Shown here piece by piece: positions 43,302-55,220 of a DNA stretch of 64,000 nucleotides; within the stretch, counting starts at the first letter, position 1, and each line of letters starts with the position of its first letter. The translations under genes were made by a program, and so were the position numbers. The DNA is from Calditrichaceae bacterium (GTDB lineage: Bacteria; Calditrichota; Calditrichia; Calditrichales; JBFXGD01). The notes below the pieces were generated by a model. The model saw nothing but the letters and a program-made list of their open reading frames with translations, made no database searches and was not told the origin of the DNA. The DNA is taken from the NCBI GenBank assembly GCA_050173015.1, contig JBFXLE010000005.1:96001-160000 (forward strand), in the 5' to 3' direction.

Positions 43302-44597
43302 ATGTTAGAAGAACTGAAAAAATCTGATCCCGAAGTATATGAATCCATCGTTAAAGAACTTGATCGGCAAAATAATACTCTTGAACTGATCGCTTCAGAA
43401 AATTTTGTATCACAGGCTGTTTTGGAAGCAAATGGCTCGGTATTGACTAATAAATATGCCGAAGGATATCCCGGGAAAAGATATTACGGAGGCTGTGAAT
43501 TTGTTGATATCGCGGAAGATCTGGCAAGAGACCGGGCAAAAACGCTCTTTAATTGTGAATATGTAAACGTCCAACCGCACTCAGGTTCACAAGCGAATAT
43601 GGCGGTTTATTTTACATATCTTGAACACGGCGATAAAATCCTTGGAATGGATCTCGCTCACGGCGGGCATTTAACACACGGATCACCCGTAAATTTTTCA
43701 GGAAAGATCTATAATTTTGTCTCATACGGAGTAAATAAAGAGACCGGTTATATTGATATGTCTGTGGTAGCAAAACAAGCCCGCGAGCATAAACCGAAGA
43801 TGATTGTTGTGGGCGCCAGCGCCTATTCAAGACATTATGAATTTGCTAAATTTAAAGAAATCGCTGATGAAATCGGCGCCATATTATTTGCAGATGTCGC
43901 TCATCCTTCGGGATTGATCGCCGCGGGGCTGCATCCCAGCCCGATACCCCATTGTGATGTGGTAACGACGACCACACATAAGACATTGCGCGGCCCGAGG
44001 GGCGGAATGATTATGGCGGGGAAAGATACTGAAAATAAAATGGGTATTATCGCCCCAAAATCAGGCCGCGTGAAAATGATGTCGGAAATCATCGATAGTA
44101 ACGTGATGCCCGGAATTCAGGGCGGTCCTCTTATGCATGTGATAGCCGCAAAAGCTGTTGCATTTGGAGAAGCCTTAAAACCGGAATTTAAAACATATGC
44201 CGCTCAAATTATTAAAAATGCAAAAACACTTGCCGATAGCCTGATAGAAAAAGGGTACGATATTGTTTCAGGTGGCACGGATAATCATGTTTTTCTGGTG
44301 GATTTAACAAATAAAAACATCACCGGAAAAGCCGCCGAAAACGCATTGCATGCCGCGGGAATTACGGTGAATAAAAACATGGTGCCGTTTGATACGAGAA
44401 GTCCTTTTGTAACCAGTGGAATTCGTCTTGGGACGGCAGCCCTTACCACGAAGGGTATGATTGAAAAAGAAATGAAATTGATTGCCGGATATATAGATAA
44501 AGTATTAACCAATATTGACGATGAGCAGGTGTACAGAGAAATAAATGGTAATATAAAAGAACTGAATCGCCATTTTCAGTTATATAAGCTTGATTAA
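43302..44597 (+). CDS. glyA: Serine hydroxymethyltransferase
   Basis: [33 protein letters not shown]. Confidence 0.98.
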   Translation: MLEELKKSDPEVYESIVKELDRQNNTLELIASENFVSQAVLEANGSVLTNKYAEGYPGKRYYGGCEFVDIAEDLARDRAKTLFNCEYVNVQPHSGSQANMAVYFTYLEHGDKILGMDLAHGGHLTHGSPVNFSGKIYNFVSYGVNKETGYIDMSVVAKQAREHKPKMIVVGASAYSRHYEFAKFKEIADEIGAILFADVAHPSGLIAAGLHPSPIPHCDVVTTTTHKTLRGPRGGMIMAGKDTENKMGIIAPKSGRVKMMSEIIDSNVMPGIQGGPLMHVIAAKAVAFGEALKPEFKTYAAQIIKNAKTLADSLIEKGYDIVSGGTDNHVFLVDLTNKNITGKAAENALHAAGITVNKNMVPFDTRSPFVTSGIRLGTAALTTKGMIEKEMKLIAGYIDKVLTNIDDEQVYREINGNIKELNRHFQLYKLD

Positions 44598-44646
44598 GCA
44601 TAAAATTAAACACATCTTTTTGGATTGAGCATAAAGTAGACGGATT

Positions 44647-45375
44647 ATGAAAGAAGTTGAAATGCACTTCCTGGATCATCTGGAAGAACTTCGGTGGCGA
44701 ATATTGAAAGCGCTCGCATTCGTATTTGTACTGACTATAATCTGTTTTGCGTTTTCTGATCAGATCTTAAATCTGCTGCTGATTCCAACCGAGAATTTAA
44801 CTTACAAAATTAATCTGCAAGTCCTTAAAGTGCAGACCATTTTTGTAATTAAACTGGAATTGGCTCTGATCGCAGGGATTATCCTAAGTCTGCCGGTCAT
44901 ATTTTATCAAATCTGGGCATTTATCGCGCCGGGTCTTCTGGATCGTGAAAGAAAATATATCATACCCGTCATAACTTTTGCGACACTTAGCTTTCTTGCT
45001 GGCAGCGCGTTTGCCTATTATATTATTGTACCCTATTCACTGGAATTTTTTCTTAGTCTTGCCCCGCCCTCAATTACAAACAATATTGCCATAGATTTTT
45101 ATTTTGGATATGTCATCAGAATCATCCTCGTTTTTGGTGTAGTATTTGAGTTACCGGTTGTTAGTTTGTTGCTGACAAAAATAGGGCTGATCACGCCGTC
45201 GATGCTAAGAAAATACAGAAGCTACGCAATTGTAGTTATCTTTATTGCCGCCGCAATCTTAACACCTCCCGATCCTACCACACAAATACTGCTGGCGGTA
45301 CCTCTTGTTATACTCTATGAAATTACCATCCTTGTCAGTTATTTCTTTGTCCGGAAGGACAAAAAATCCGCATAA
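44647..45375 (+). CDS. tatC: Twin-arginine translocase TatC
   Basis: FLDHLEELRWR, QIWAFIAPGL, FELP, TPPDP. Confidence 0.96.
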   Translation: MKEVEMHFLDHLEELRWRILKALAFVFVLTIICFAFSDQILNLLLIPTENLTYKINLQVLKVQTIFVIKLELALIAGIILSLPVIFYQIWAFIAPGLLDRERKYIIPVITFATLSFLAGSAFAYYIIVPYSLEFFLSLAPPSITNNIAIDFYFGYVIRIILVFGVVFELPVVSLLLTKIGLITPSMLRKYRSYAIVVIFIAAAILTPPDPTTQILLAVPLVILYEITILVSYFFVRKDKKSA

Positions 45376-45433
45376 TGGTTCGACAGATAATGTTGATTAA
45401 CTTGATATTAATGTTTACATTAATTTCTTTTTT

Positions 45434-46447
45434 ATGATTATGGAAAATAGTTTAATCAAGGATAAAAGAGATAAATTGAATTTAAGCGCGATAAAGAAAC
45501 CTTTTAAAAAAGAATTAGATGAATACGATATCACTTTTAATAAAATAATGTCATCTGATGTCAAACTGATTGATTCCGTTGTAAAGTATATTGTCCGTCA
45601 TAAAGGTAAAAATCTTCGTCCTCTGCTCGTATTAATGTCCGCTAAATTAGTGGGAACGACCAATGAAAATACATACATAGTCGCGTCAATTGTTGAAATG
45701 CTGCATTCCGCCTCATTAATACATGATGATGTAGTCGATGATTCAGATATGCGAAGAAGTTTTCCGTCAATAAACGCCATATGGAAAAATAAAATTGCTG
45801 TTCTCATCGGTGACTATTTATTGTCAAAATGTTTAATAGGCGCGACGATGTCCGGTAAGCTGGAAGTCATGAATATTTTAGCTCACGCGTCGAAGAGGCT
45901 TAGTAAGGGAGAATTGCTGCAGATTGAAAAGTCGCTGAAAATGAATATTACGGAAGAAGACTACTTTAAAATGATTTCTGATAAAACCGCCGCGCTCATA
46001 AGCGCCGCGGCGGAGCTAGGCGCTCTAACGACATCATCCAACGAAAAAGACCACGAAAATCTCAGAAATTTTGGTGAATATCTCGGCATAGCGTTTCAGA
46101 TCAAAGATGATTTACTGGACTATTACGGTCATCAAAGTATTCTTGGAAAGCCGGTCGGTAATGATTTCAAAGATAAAAAAATTACTTTGCCATTAATCTA
46201 CGCGTTTCAGAATTCTAAAGACGGGGAAATTAAAAAGATAAAAAAGGCCCTGAAGAAAGGCGTTAATAAAGCCGATGTAAAGAAAATTATCGGATTCGCG
46301 GAAAAGAACGGCGGAATCGATTATGCCAAGCAAAAACAAAATGAATACGCCCAGAAGGCCAAAGATTGTCTGGAAGAATATCCGGATTCGGATTTAAAAT
46401 CGGCAATGTGGCATTTCGTGGATTATGTTATTGAGAGAAAAATGTAA
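45434..46447 (+). CDS. Long-chain polyprenyl diphosphate synthase (IspB-like)
   Basis: GKNLRP, HDDVVD, FQIKDDLLD. Confidence 0.92.
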   Translation: MIMENSLIKDKRDKLNLSAIKKPFKKELDEYDITFNKIMSSDVKLIDSVVKYIVRHKGKNLRPLLVLMSAKLVGTTNENTYIVASIVEMLHSASLIHDDVVDDSDMRRSFPSINAIWKNKIAVLIGDYLLSKCLIGATMSGKLEVMNILAHASKRLSKGELLQIEKSLKMNITEEDYFKMISDKTAALISAAAELGALTTSSNEKDHENLRNFGEYLGIAFQIKDDLLDYYGHQSILGKPVGNDFKDKKITLPLIYAFQNSKDGEIKKIKKALKKGVNKADVKKIIGFAEKNGGIDYAKQKQNEYAQKAKDCLEEYPDSDLKSAMWHFVDYVIERKM

Positions 46448-46452
46448 GAAAG

Positions 46453-47484
46453 ATGAGTGACAATTCTCCAAAAATATTAATAATTCGGCTAAGCTCCATC
46501 GGTGATGTACTACTAACCACTCCATTTATAAGACAAGCCCGTATCAAATTCCCAACGGCTCAAATAGATTTCGTTGTTAAAAAGGAATTCGCGGACCTGA
46601 TAAAACATAATCCCCACATCAACCATGTGCATATATTTGACAAGCATAATAAAAACAAGGGATTAAAACATCTTTTACAGCAAATTAAAGCGGTCAATTA
46701 CAACTATATATTTGATCTGCATAATAATTTCCGGTCAAAATATTTGTTGAAAGCCGGAAGCAATGCCGCACAATCGCATATTAAAAAAGACAAATTGAAA
46801 CGAGCGCTTCTTGTTTACGCCAAAATAAATCTCTATAGTGAAATTAAACCAATCCCCCTCAGGTATTTGGATGTCGGAAAGCTGGCAGGCATAGAAAACG
46901 ATTTCCAGGGACTTGAAATTTTCTGGAAAAACGCGGTTGAGGAGAAAATTGACCGAATCCTGAAAGAGAGGGGTGTCAAGAGTGATTATATCGTATTTGC
47001 CCCGGGAGCCGGATTTTTTACAAAACAATGGCCGATAGAATATTTTAAGGATCTCACGAGGTTGTTTTTAGAAAAACGTGAAGAAAATATCATCATACTC
47101 GGCGGGAAAAATGAAATCGGTAAATTCGATTCACTTGAAATATCCGGGAAAGTGATTAATTTAACCGGAAAATTAAGTTTGTTGGAATCGGCAGCGGTTT
47201 TATCGCGCGCAAGAGCAGTTGTGTCAAATGATTCCGGATTGATGCATATGGCATCCGCTGTAAAGACGCCTGTCGTGGCGATCTTTGGGTCGACGGTCAA
47301 AGAGCTGGGATTCTTCCCTTACAGAAGCAATTCGATCATAATTGAAAATCGGGATTTGAAATGCCGTCCATGTTCACACATCGGAAGGAAAAAATGCCCT
47401 CGGGGTCATTTTAAGTGTATGCTTGAGATAGAACCCGATCTGGTATTTAAGAATGCGGAAGCCATATTGACGGGGAAGTTATAA
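46453..47484 (+). CDS. LPS heptosyltransferase (GT9, WaaF-like)
   Basis: IRLSSIGDV, NDSGLMH, AIFGST, CRPCS. Confidence 0.9.
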   Translation: MSDNSPKILIIRLSSIGDVLLTTPFIRQARIKFPTAQIDFVVKKEFADLIKHNPHINHVHIFDKHNKNKGLKHLLQQIKAVNYNYIFDLHNNFRSKYLLKAGSNAAQSHIKKDKLKRALLVYAKINLYSEIKPIPLRYLDVGKLAGIENDFQGLEIFWKNAVEEKIDRILKERGVKSDYIVFAPGAGFFTKQWPIEYFKDLTRLFLEKREENIIILGGKNEIGKFDSLEISGKVINLTGKLSLLESAAVLSRARAVVSNDSGLMHMASAVKTPVVAIFGSTVKELGFFPYRSNSIIIENRDLKCRPCSHIGRKKCPRGHFKCMLEIEPDLVFKNAEAILTGKL

Positions 47485-48762
47485 ATGATGAAATGGGTAA
47501 CCGGTTCAATATATACATACTTCGTTTTTCCGTGCATTCTATTAATCGCAAAGACGGTAAGCTTGTTCAACAAAGAAATAAGAAAAGCTCTGAATCTGAG
47601 ATATCGTGTTTTTGACGAACTGAAGCGGATAAAAGATACGATACCCCGGGAAAATAAAATCGTCCTGCTGCACGCCGCGTCGATGGGTGAATTTGAACAC
47701 ATAAAACCACTCATAACAAAACTTAAATCAACATATAACACTTCAATAATTGTGACGTTTTTTTCGCCATCCGCCTATGAAAACGTCAAGCAGTATCCCG
47801 GTGTTGAATTGTTTATTTATCTGCCATTGGACAAAAGGTCAAACTGGCAAAAATTTTATGATATTTTAAAACCGGATTTGATCATTATTTCAAAACATGA
47901 TGTATGGCCCAATCAAATATGGATGGCTAAGAAATACGGAATTCCAATATTTCTCGTCAATGCTTCCTTATCCGGGGATTCAAGCAGGACAAAATTCTGG
48001 ATACGTTCTTTTCTTAAATATGTGTATCGCTCCTTTGATCATATTTTTGCCATAAGCACCCAGGACATGGAAAGATTTGCCAAATACTTCCCGCGTTGCC
48101 GCGTATCTAAGATGGGAGATACAAAATTTGATCAGGTATTGATCAGAAAAGATGAGGCAGCCGCTAAACAATTTATTCCGGAAAACTGGACCAAAAACAG
48201 TTTGGTCATTCTCCTGGGAAGCATCTGGCCGGAAGATTCTGAACATATTCTGCCCGCTGTCGGTTCTATATTAGAAAAAAAATCCAATGTAAAGGTTATT
48301 GTGGTCCCGCATCAGCCATCCACTCAATATATTGAGTCATTAAGTGTGCGCCTGCAGAAGTTTAACCCGGTACTCTTTACAGATCGAAGCCGTCTTGCGG
48401 AATCCCGTTTGCTGATAGTTGATGTGGTCGGTGTGTTGGCTGATCTTTACAAATACGCGAATATCGCCTATGTCGGCGGCAGTTTTAAACAGGGAATCCA
48501 TAATGTGATGGAACCGGCCATATATAAGATTCCCGTCCTTTACGGTCCGATTCACACTAATTCATTCGAAGCCATAAATTTACTTAAAGCCGGCGGCAGT
48601 ATTCTTCTGAATAATGAAAATGATGGCCTGGCGATTATGGAAGATTTGGCGGGGAATGAAAATAATCGTATCGAAATTGGCGAAAAGGCATATCGGTTTG
48701 CTGTTGAAAATCTTGGCGCTACGGACAGAATTGTTAAAGAATGGGGAAGATATCTAAGTTGA
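47485..48762 (+). CDS. waaA: 3-deoxy-D-manno-octulosonic acid transferase
   Basis: HAASMGE, GDTKFD, VPH, YVGGSF, HNVMEPA. Confidence 0.93.
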   Translation: MMKWVTGSIYTYFVFPCILLIAKTVSLFNKEIRKALNLRYRVFDELKRIKDTIPRENKIVLLHAASMGEFEHIKPLITKLKSTYNTSIIVTFFSPSAYENVKQYPGVELFIYLPLDKRSNWQKFYDILKPDLIIISKHDVWPNQIWMAKKYGIPIFLVNASLSGDSSRTKFWIRSFLKYVYRSFDHIFAISTQDMERFAKYFPRCRVSKMGDTKFDQVLIRKDEAAAKQFIPENWTKNSLVILLGSIWPEDSEHILPAVGSILEKKSNVKVIVVPHQPSTQYIESLSVRLQKFNPVLFTDRSRLAESRLLIVDVVGVLADLYKYANIAYVGGSFKQGIHNVMEPAIYKIPVLYGPIHTNSFEAINLLKAGGSILLNNENDGLAIMEDLAGNENNRIEIGEKAYRFAVENLGATDRIVKEWGRYLS

Positions 48763-48796
48763 GCGTCACAGAAAAAATCTGACTGTTGAATAAATT

Positions 48797-48831
48797 AAAA
48801 AAGCCCGCGATTTGATGACGGGCTTTTTTTT
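48797..48831. terminator. Bidirectional intrinsic terminator
   Basis: AAAAAAGCCCG...CGGGCTTTTTTTT between convergent genes. Confidence 0.8.
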
Positions 48832-48849
48832 ATACCTAAAATAGTTGGC

Positions 48850-50049
48850 TCAGGATACTCTTCCGGGGTATGCTTTTAATCCTTCAGACAGAATAAACAT
48901 GGCGCGCTTTATATCTGTAACATTCAATACATAGGCAATCCGGACTTCATTTTTCCCAAGACCGGGAGTAGAGTAAAAACCATTGGCCGGCGCGATCATA
49001 ACGGTTTCGTTGTCAATATCAAAATCGGTCAGCATCCAGCGGGCAAAATTATCGGCGTCATCAACCGGTAATTTTACTACCAGATAGAACGCCCCCTTAG
49101 GCATTGGCGCGATCACACCGGGCATTGCTCTAAGCGCGTTTACCATCGTGTCCCGGCGTTCTTTGTACTCGGAGATCACGGCTTCAAAATATTCATTTGG
49201 CGTGTCTATTCCTGACTCCGCTCCTATCTGCTCAATTGTCGGAGGGCATAACCGGGCCATTCCGAATTTCAGCGCGGCTTCAATGATCCGATTGTTTTTT
49301 GTAACAATCATGCCGATACGCGCTCCGCAGGCCGAGTATCTTTTTGATACACTGTCAAGCATGATCGCCCGGTCTTCAATATCCGGTAAATGCATGACCG
49401 ATGTATGAGTCTCACCGTCATAGAGAAATTCCCGGTAAACTTCATCAGAAAGTAAAAAAAGATCATGTTTCTTTACGATTTCTTTTAATGCCATCAGTTC
49501 CTTTTCAGAATAAACATACCCTGTCGGATTGTTTGGATTACAGATTAAAATAGCCCTCGTTTTATCAGTAATCTTTTCCGCGATGGATTGAATAGATGGT
49601 AGCTGGAAATCATTTTCAATACTGGATGTGATGGGAACAATCCGTACACCGGCTTCAACCGCGAAGCCATTGTAATTTGTATAAAAGGGTTCCGGAACAA
49701 TAATTTCGTCGCCGGGATCCGCGATGGCCATCAGTGTGAAAATAATGGCTTCACTTCCTCCGGTTGTTATCAGAATATCATCCATAGTGACATTGATATT
49801 AAATTTGCGATAGTACTTTGTCATTTTTGTTCTGAGTGACGTCAGGCCTGCCGAAGGCCCGTAGGATAAGACAGGCATATTCAAATTTTTTATCGGGTTC
49901 ATAAATGAATCAGGCGTTTTAATGTCCGGCTGACCGATATTCAAATAATAAACATGTTTACCCTTTGCCACAGCCTGATCCGCGAACGGAACAAGTTTAC
50001 GGATGGGGGAAGAAGGCATCAAATTACCGCGACTAGATAAGAATTTCAT
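48850..50049 (-). CDS. PLP-dependent class I/II aminotransferase (aspartate aminotransferase-like)
   Basis: LNIGQPD, NPNNPTG, SDEVY, SVSKRYSACGARIG. Confidence 0.93.
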   Translation of the reverse strand: MKFLSSRGNLMPSSPIRKLVPFADQAVAKGKHVYYLNIGQPDIKTPDSFMNPIKNLNMPVLSYGPSAGLTSLRTKMTKYYRKFNINVTMDDILITTGGSEAIIFTLMAIADPGDEIIVPEPFYTNYNGFAVEAGVRIVPITSSIENDFQLPSIQSIAEKITDKTRAILICNPNNPTGYVYSEKELMALKEIVKKHDLFLLSDEVYREFLYDGETHTSVMHLPDIEDRAIMLDSVSKRYSACGARIGMIVTKNNRIIEAALKFGMARLCPPTIEQIGAESGIDTPNEYFEAVISEYKERRDTMVNALRAMPGVIAPMPKGAFYLVVKLPVDDADNFARWMLTDFDIDNETVMIAPANGFYSTPGLGKNEVRIAYVLNVTDIKRAMFILSEGLKAYPGRVS

Positions 50050-50341
50050 TTTATATTTATCCCTAAATTTATATTTTGTCTATAATATAATATAGATAAA
50101 AAATATATCTATTGTTAAATAAAAAAAAGGATTAATCGACCTGAAAATAGCTAAAAAAAATAAAGAGAAGTTGTGAAAATAGGATTAAATGTCTAAATTG
50201 TGTGACTTCCTAAAATTAGGAAAAACAATAATATTTAACTTGAACGGTAAGAAATAAGAATATTAAATCATTGAATTAAATTTTATATTAATTCTAAAAT
50301 AAATATAGGCTTACGAGATTTGTATATATAACCGGTATCAA

Positions 50342-50357
50342 TGGCATATAATTTGTA
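50342..50357 (+). promoter_or_regulatory. Possible sigma54 (-24/-12) promoter of nifJ
   Basis: TGGCATATAATTTGTA: correct GG-N10-G spacing but GT instead of GC at -12. Confidence 0.3.
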
Positions 50358-50442
50358 ATAATACAGAATCAATGCAAATTTCTATAGTTCTGAAAACAAG
50401 GTTAAAATATAAACCTTCACCGCACAACAGAAGGAGTCGCGC

Positions 50443-53400
50443 ATGAAACGAAAAAAGGTCACAATAGATGGAAACGAAGCAGCTGCTTATGTGGCCCATA
50501 AAGTAAATGAAGTCATAGCCATTTATCCGATAACACCATCTTCAAATATGGGTGAGTGGGCTGATGAATATACCGCAAAAGGCCAGAAAAACATATGGGG
50601 AACCATTCCGAGCGTCACAGAGATGCAGAGTGAAGGCGGTGCCTCCGGCGCGGTACACGGAGCATTGCAGACCGGCGCGTTAACAACCACATTCACGGCG
50701 TCACAGGGATTGCTACTCATGATCCCGAATATGTATAAAATCGCGGGTGAATTAACATCTACAGTCTTTCATGTCTCGGCGCGATCCATTGCCGCCCAGG
50801 CTTTATCTATCTTTGGTGATCATAGTGACGTGATGGCAACCCGCCAGACCGGATTCGCATTATTGGCGTCAAATTCGGTTCAGGAAGTTATGGACTTCGC
50901 GCTGATCACACAGGCTGCCACACTTGAGGCGAGAGTTCCCTTTATTCACTTTTTTGATGGTTTCAGAACATCTCACGAAGTTATGAAAATAGAGCAGCTT
51001 ACGATTGATGATATGAAAGAGATGATCGACGATGATCTGGTCATCGCTCACAGAAAAAGAGGTCTGACCCCTGATAAACCTGTGGTCCGTGGAACCGCGC
51101 AGAATCCGGATGTATTTTTCCAGGCCAGGGAAACAGTGAATCCCTATTACGAAAAAACTCCGAATATTGTCCAGGACGCGATGGATAAATTTGCGAAGAT
51201 AACGGGTCGCCAATATAAATTGTTTGAATATGTCGGTCATCCGGAAGCTGAACGCGTAATTGTAGTAATGGGTTCGGGCGCGGAAGCCGTTCAGGAAGCG
51301 GTTGAATTTTTAATGGCTGCCGGGGAAAAAGTTGGTATGATAAAAGTTCGTCTATACCGCCCCTTCTCCAAAAAACATCTAATGGAAGCTCTGCCAAAGA
51401 CAACCAAAGCAATGGCTGTTTTAGACAGAACAAAAGAGCCGGGTTCCGCGGGTGAACCATTGTACCAGGATGTCATGACTTCAATGATGGAAGGCATGAC
51501 GGAAGGAATTCTGCCCACTGAACGTTTCCCGAAATTTATCGGTGGCCGTTACGGTCTTTCATCCAAAGAATTTACGCCGGCCATGATTATGGGTATTTAT
51601 GACGAATTAAAGAAAGATAAGCCCAAAAATCATTTCACGATCGGTATAAAAGATGATTTATCAAACACCAGTCTCGAATATGATCCGAGTTTGTCCACAG
51701 AATCCAAAGAAGTTATCCGTGGAATGTTTTACGGATTGGGAGCTGACGGGACGGTTGGAGCGAATAAGAATTCAATAAAGATTATTGGTGAAGAAACGGA
51801 TAATTACGCTCAGGGTTATTTTGTATATGATTCAAAAAAATCCGGTTCGGTGACCATTTCTCATCTTCGTTTCGGGAAAAAACCGATTCATTCAACCTAT
51901 CTGATCTCAAAAGCCAATTTTATCGCTTGTCATCAATTCACATTTGTTGAAAAATTTGATATTCTTGGAAACGCGATGGAAGGCGCGACATTCTTGTTGA
52001 ACAGTCCATACGAAAAGGATGAAGTATGGAATAAACTGCCCAAGATTGTTCAAAAACAGATGATTGATAAGAAACTCAAGTTTTATGTGATTGACGCTTA
52101 TGATGTGGCAAAAGATACCGGTATGGGCCAGCGTATCAATACGATTATGCAGACCTGCTTCTTTGCCATTTCCGGTGTCCTGCCAAAAGACGAAGCGATT
52201 GAAAAAATTAAAAACACCATCAAAAAAACATACGGCCGCAAAGGCGAAGATATTGTAAAGATGAATTATAACGCGGTTGATCAGACACTGGCCAATTTGC
52301 ATGAAATAAAAATTCCGGCTCAGGTAAGCAGTCTGATAGATCTGCCGCCGGTCGTATCGGAAAAAGCGCCTGATTTTGTTAAAGATGTGACCGCGATGAT
52401 GATGGCCGGTAAAGGTGATGACCTGCCGGTGAGCGCGATGCCCGATGATGGCACGTATCCTACGGGAACAACAAAGTGGGAAAAACGAAATATCGCTCTC
52501 GAAATTCCTGTCTGGGATGAAGAGATATGTATTCAATGCGGTAAATGCGCCATGGTATGTCCGCATGCGGTTATAAGAATAAAAGCATATGATGAAAAAC
52601 ATCTGGAAGGCGCTCCATCTACATTTAAACATATGGTTGCCAAGGGAAAAGAATGGCCGGAGAAAACCATGTACACGATTCAGGTTGCTCCGGAAGATTG
52701 TACCGGATGTGAGTTGTGTGTGGAAGTCTGCCCGGCGAAAAGCAAAGAAGTGGTTGGGCATAAAGCGCTGGATATGGCGCCTCAGCTGCCCCTCAAGGAA
52801 GCGGAAAAAGAAAACTGGGATTACTTCCTTAATATTCCTGAATTTGATCGATCGATGATTAAACAGGATACGGTAAAAGGCTCACAGTTCCTCCAGCCTC
52901 TTTTTGAATTCTCCGGAGCGTGCGCCGGATGCGGTGAAACACCTTATATCAAGCTGGTTACCCAGCTCTTTGGTGACAGGATGGTGATTGCCAATGCTAC
53001 AGGTTGTTCATCCATTTACGGCGGTAATTTGCCGACCACCCCATATACATCAAATGAAGAAGGCCGGGGACCGGCATGGTCAAATTCATTATTCGAAGAT
53101 AACGCTGAATTTGGTCTTGGTTACAGGCTTACCATTGATAAACAAACCGAACAGGCGTTTGAATTGCTGACTAAATTAAAGGATCAGCTTGATTCCGTGT
53201 TGGTTGATGAAATTATCAACGCAAATCAGGCAGAAGAGACCGAAATTTTTGAGCAAAGAAAACGTGTTGAAAAACTCAATGAGCAGTTGTTGAAGATAAA
53301 TTCAAAAGAGTCAAAACTGCTTCTGAGTTTGAGTAATTATCTGGTGAAGAAGAGCGTATGGATTATAGGCGGTGACGGCTGGGCTTATGATATCGGTTAC

Positions 53401-54030
53401 GGCGGTCTGGATCATGTTCTTGCCTCCGGTAAAAATGTGAATATTCTTGTCCTGGATACGGAGGTTTATTCCAATACCGGTGGTCAGATGTCCAAAGCGA
53501 CACCGATGGGCGCCGTGGCAAAATTCGCGGCCGGCGGTAAGCCCGCTCCAAAGAAAGATCTTGGAATGCTGGCCATGTCATACGGCAATGTTTACGTGGC
53601 GAAGATCGCTATGGGCGCGAGTGATACGCAAACCGTCAAGGCGATCATTGAAGCGGAAAAATATGACGGCCCGTCCCTGATTATTGCCTACAGCCACTGT
53701 ATCGCCCATGGATATAATATGCGTTACGGAATGCAGCAGCAAAAACTCGCGGTCGATTCCGGTCACTGGCATTTGTACCGCTACAATCCGGATATGGCAA
53801 AAGAGGGAGTCAATCCGTTAAAACTCGATTCCAAAGAGCCAAAAGTCGCGCTGGAAGATTACATTTACAATGAAACCCGTTACAAAATGCTGACCAAGAT
53901 GAATCCGAAAGCAGCAAAGGAACTTCTTGCTCAGGCCCAGGAAGATGTCAAGGAACGGTATAAGTTGTACGCCAATATGGCAAATATGGATTATTCTGCC
54001 GACAAAGAAGATGAGAATAATGAAAAATAA
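50443..54030 (+). CDS. nifJ: Pyruvate:ferredoxin (flavodoxin) oxidoreductase
   Basis: YPITPSS, two CxxCxxCxxxCP ferredoxin motifs, [18 protein letters not shown]. Confidence 0.97.
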   Translation: MKRKKVTIDGNEAAAYVAHKVNEVIAIYPITPSSNMGEWADEYTAKGQKNIWGTIPSVTEMQSEGGASGAVHGALQTGALTTTFTASQGLLLMIPNMYKIAGELTSTVFHVSARSIAAQALSIFGDHSDVMATRQTGFALLASNSVQEVMDFALITQAATLEARVPFIHFFDGFRTSHEVMKIEQLTIDDMKEMIDDDLVIAHRKRGLTPDKPVVRGTAQNPDVFFQARETVNPYYEKTPNIVQDAMDKFAKITGRQYKLFEYVGHPEAERVIVVMGSGAEAVQEAVEFLMAAGEKVGMIKVRLYRPFSKKHLMEALPKTTKAMAVLDRTKEPGSAGEPLYQDVMTSMMEGMTEGILPTERFPKFIGGRYGLSSKEFTPAMIMGIYDELKKDKPKNHFTIGIKDDLSNTSLEYDPSLSTESKEVIRGMFYGLGADGTVGANKNSIKIIGEETDNYAQGYFVYDSKKSGSVTISHLRFGKKPIHSTYLISKANFIACHQFTFVEKFDILGNAMEGATFLLNSPYEKDEVWNKLPKIVQKQMIDKKLKFYVIDAYDVAKDTGMGQRINTIMQTCFFAISGVLPKDEAIEKIKNTIKKTYGRKGEDIVKMNYNAVDQTLANLHEIKIPAQVSSLIDLPPVVSEKAPDFVKDVTAMMMAGKGDDLPVSAMPDDGTYPTGTTKWEKRNIALEIPVWDEEICIQCGKCAMVCPHAVIRIKAYDEKHLEGAPSTFKHMVAKGKEWPEKTMYTIQVAPEDCTGCELCVEVCPAKSKEVVGHKALDMAPQLPLKEAEKENWDYFLNIPEFDRSMIKQDTVKGSQFLQPLFEFSGACAGCGETPYIKLVTQLFGDRMVIANATGCSSIYGGNLPTTPYTSNEEGRGPAWSNSLFEDNAEFGLGYRLTIDKQTEQAFELLTKLKDQLDSVLVDEIINANQAEETEIFEQRKRVEKLNEQLLKINSKESKLLLSLSNYLVKKSVWIIGGDGWAYDIGYGGLDHVLASGKNVNILVLDTEVYSNTGGQMSKATPMGAVAKFAAGGKPAPKKDLGMLAMSYGNVYVAKIAMGASDTQTVKAIIEAEKYDGPSLIIAYSHCIAHGYNMRYGMQQQKLAVDSGHWHLYRYNPDMAKEGVNPLKLDSKEPKVALEDYIYNETRYKMLTKMNPKAAKELLAQAQEDVKERYKLYANMANMDYSADKEDENNEK

Positions 54031-54042
54031 TTAAGTTAAATG

Positions 54043-54077
54043 ATGCAGGAGGCATATCTTCAGCCTCCTGCATTTTT
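54043..54077 (+). terminator. Hairpin or possible terminator between nifJ and the DHOD-like gene
   Basis: ATGCAGGAGGC-9 nt-GCCTCCTGCAT-TTTT. Confidence 0.6.
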
Positions 54078-54101
54078 AAATTATGGGGGAAAGGAGCCGA
54101 T

Positions 54102-55094
54102 ATGGATCTTTCAACAAAGTATCTAGGCTTAAATTTAAAAAATCCGATTGTACCTTCCGCGTCACCGCTATCGAATAATATTGACACAGTAAAAAAACTT
54201 GAAGACGCCGGCGCTGCCGCGGTGGTAATGTACTCATTGTTTGAAGAACAGATCACACATGAGAGTAACGAGCTTGACACCTTCTTAACCTATGGTTCTG
54301 AAAGTTTTTCCGAAGCATTGAGTTATTTTCCTCAGCCCGAGGAGTTTAACAACCTTGACGCGGAAGAATATCTCGAACAGGTTGCCCGTCTGAAAAGCGC
54401 GGTTGATATCCCCATCATCGGGAGTTTAAACGGCGTTTCGTCCGGCGGATGGATGAAGTACGCGAAAAAAATTGAAGAAGCAGGCGCCGACGCGCTGGAA
54501 TTAAATGTGTATTACATCCCGACAGATCCAAATATGACGTCGCAGCAGGTTGAAGATATTTATCTTGATAATCTTAAAACGGTGAAAAATTCCGTCAAGA
54601 TACCGGTCGCGATCAAATTAAGTCCATATTTCAGCGCCTTTGCCAACATGGCATCAAGACTGGATAAGGCCGGAGCCGACGGCCTGGTACTGTTTAACCG
54701 CTTCTATCAACCGGATATAGATCTTGAAGAACTGGAGGTTGTTCCAAATCTAATCTTCAGCACATCACATGAAATGCGTCTGCCTTTGAGATGGCTGGCC
54801 ATTTTGCATGGTAAAATAAAAGCCAGCCTGGCCGCGACTACAGGGATTCATGACGCGAAGGATGTTCTCAAGATGGTCATGGCCGGCGCGGATGTGACCA
54901 TGATGGCGTCAATTCTCTTAAAGGATGGAGTCGGGGAAATTTCCAAGATTCTTGCCGACCTTGAGAGATGGATGGAGGAACATGAATATAACTCCATTTC
55001 GCAGATGAAGGGATCAATGAGCTACAAGAATGTGGCGGAACCGGCGGCCTACGAACGGGCCAACTATATGAAAACACTTCAGAGTATCAAATAA
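54102..55094 (+). CDS. Dihydroorotate dehydrogenase-like flavoprotein (NifJ-associated type)
   Basis: [36 protein letters not shown]. Confidence 0.88.
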   Translation: MDLSTKYLGLNLKNPIVPSASPLSNNIDTVKKLEDAGAAAVVMYSLFEEQITHESNELDTFLTYGSESFSEALSYFPQPEEFNNLDAEEYLEQVARLKSAVDIPIIGSLNGVSSGGWMKYAKKIEEAGADALELNVYYIPTDPNMTSQQVEDIYLDNLKTVKNSVKIPVAIKLSPYFSAFANMASRLDKAGADGLVLFNRFYQPDIDLEELEVVPNLIFSTSHEMRLPLRWLAILHGKIKASLAATTGIHDAKDVLKMVMAGADVTMMASILLKDGVGEISKILADLERWMEEHEYNSISQMKGSMSYKNVAEPAAYERANYMKTLQSIK

Positions 55095-55097
55095 TCC

Positions 55098-55125
55098 AAG
55101 CCCCGCCTGTCGGGGCTTTTTTTTT
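55098..55125 (+). terminator. Intrinsic terminator
   Basis: AAGCCCCG-CCTGT-CGGGGCTT plus a T-tract. Confidence 0.85.
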
Positions 55126-55220
55126 CTGATACTAAAAAATATGCATATGCGTTATTTTCGCACTATATTCTTACTCATCAAACCGCTATTTTTAATGCCA
55201 TCTATTTCCTGGAGAGAAAA

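Noticed and set aside
50171-50188. Rex operator upstream of nifJ (TTGTGAAAATAGGATTAA)
   Set aside because: Only one half-site matches TTGTGAA-N4-TTCACAA
51907-52761. 284-aa antisense ORF inside nifJ, and the many other short overlapping ORFs in the track
   Set aside because: Shadow frames of well-supported genes, with no motifs or independent signals
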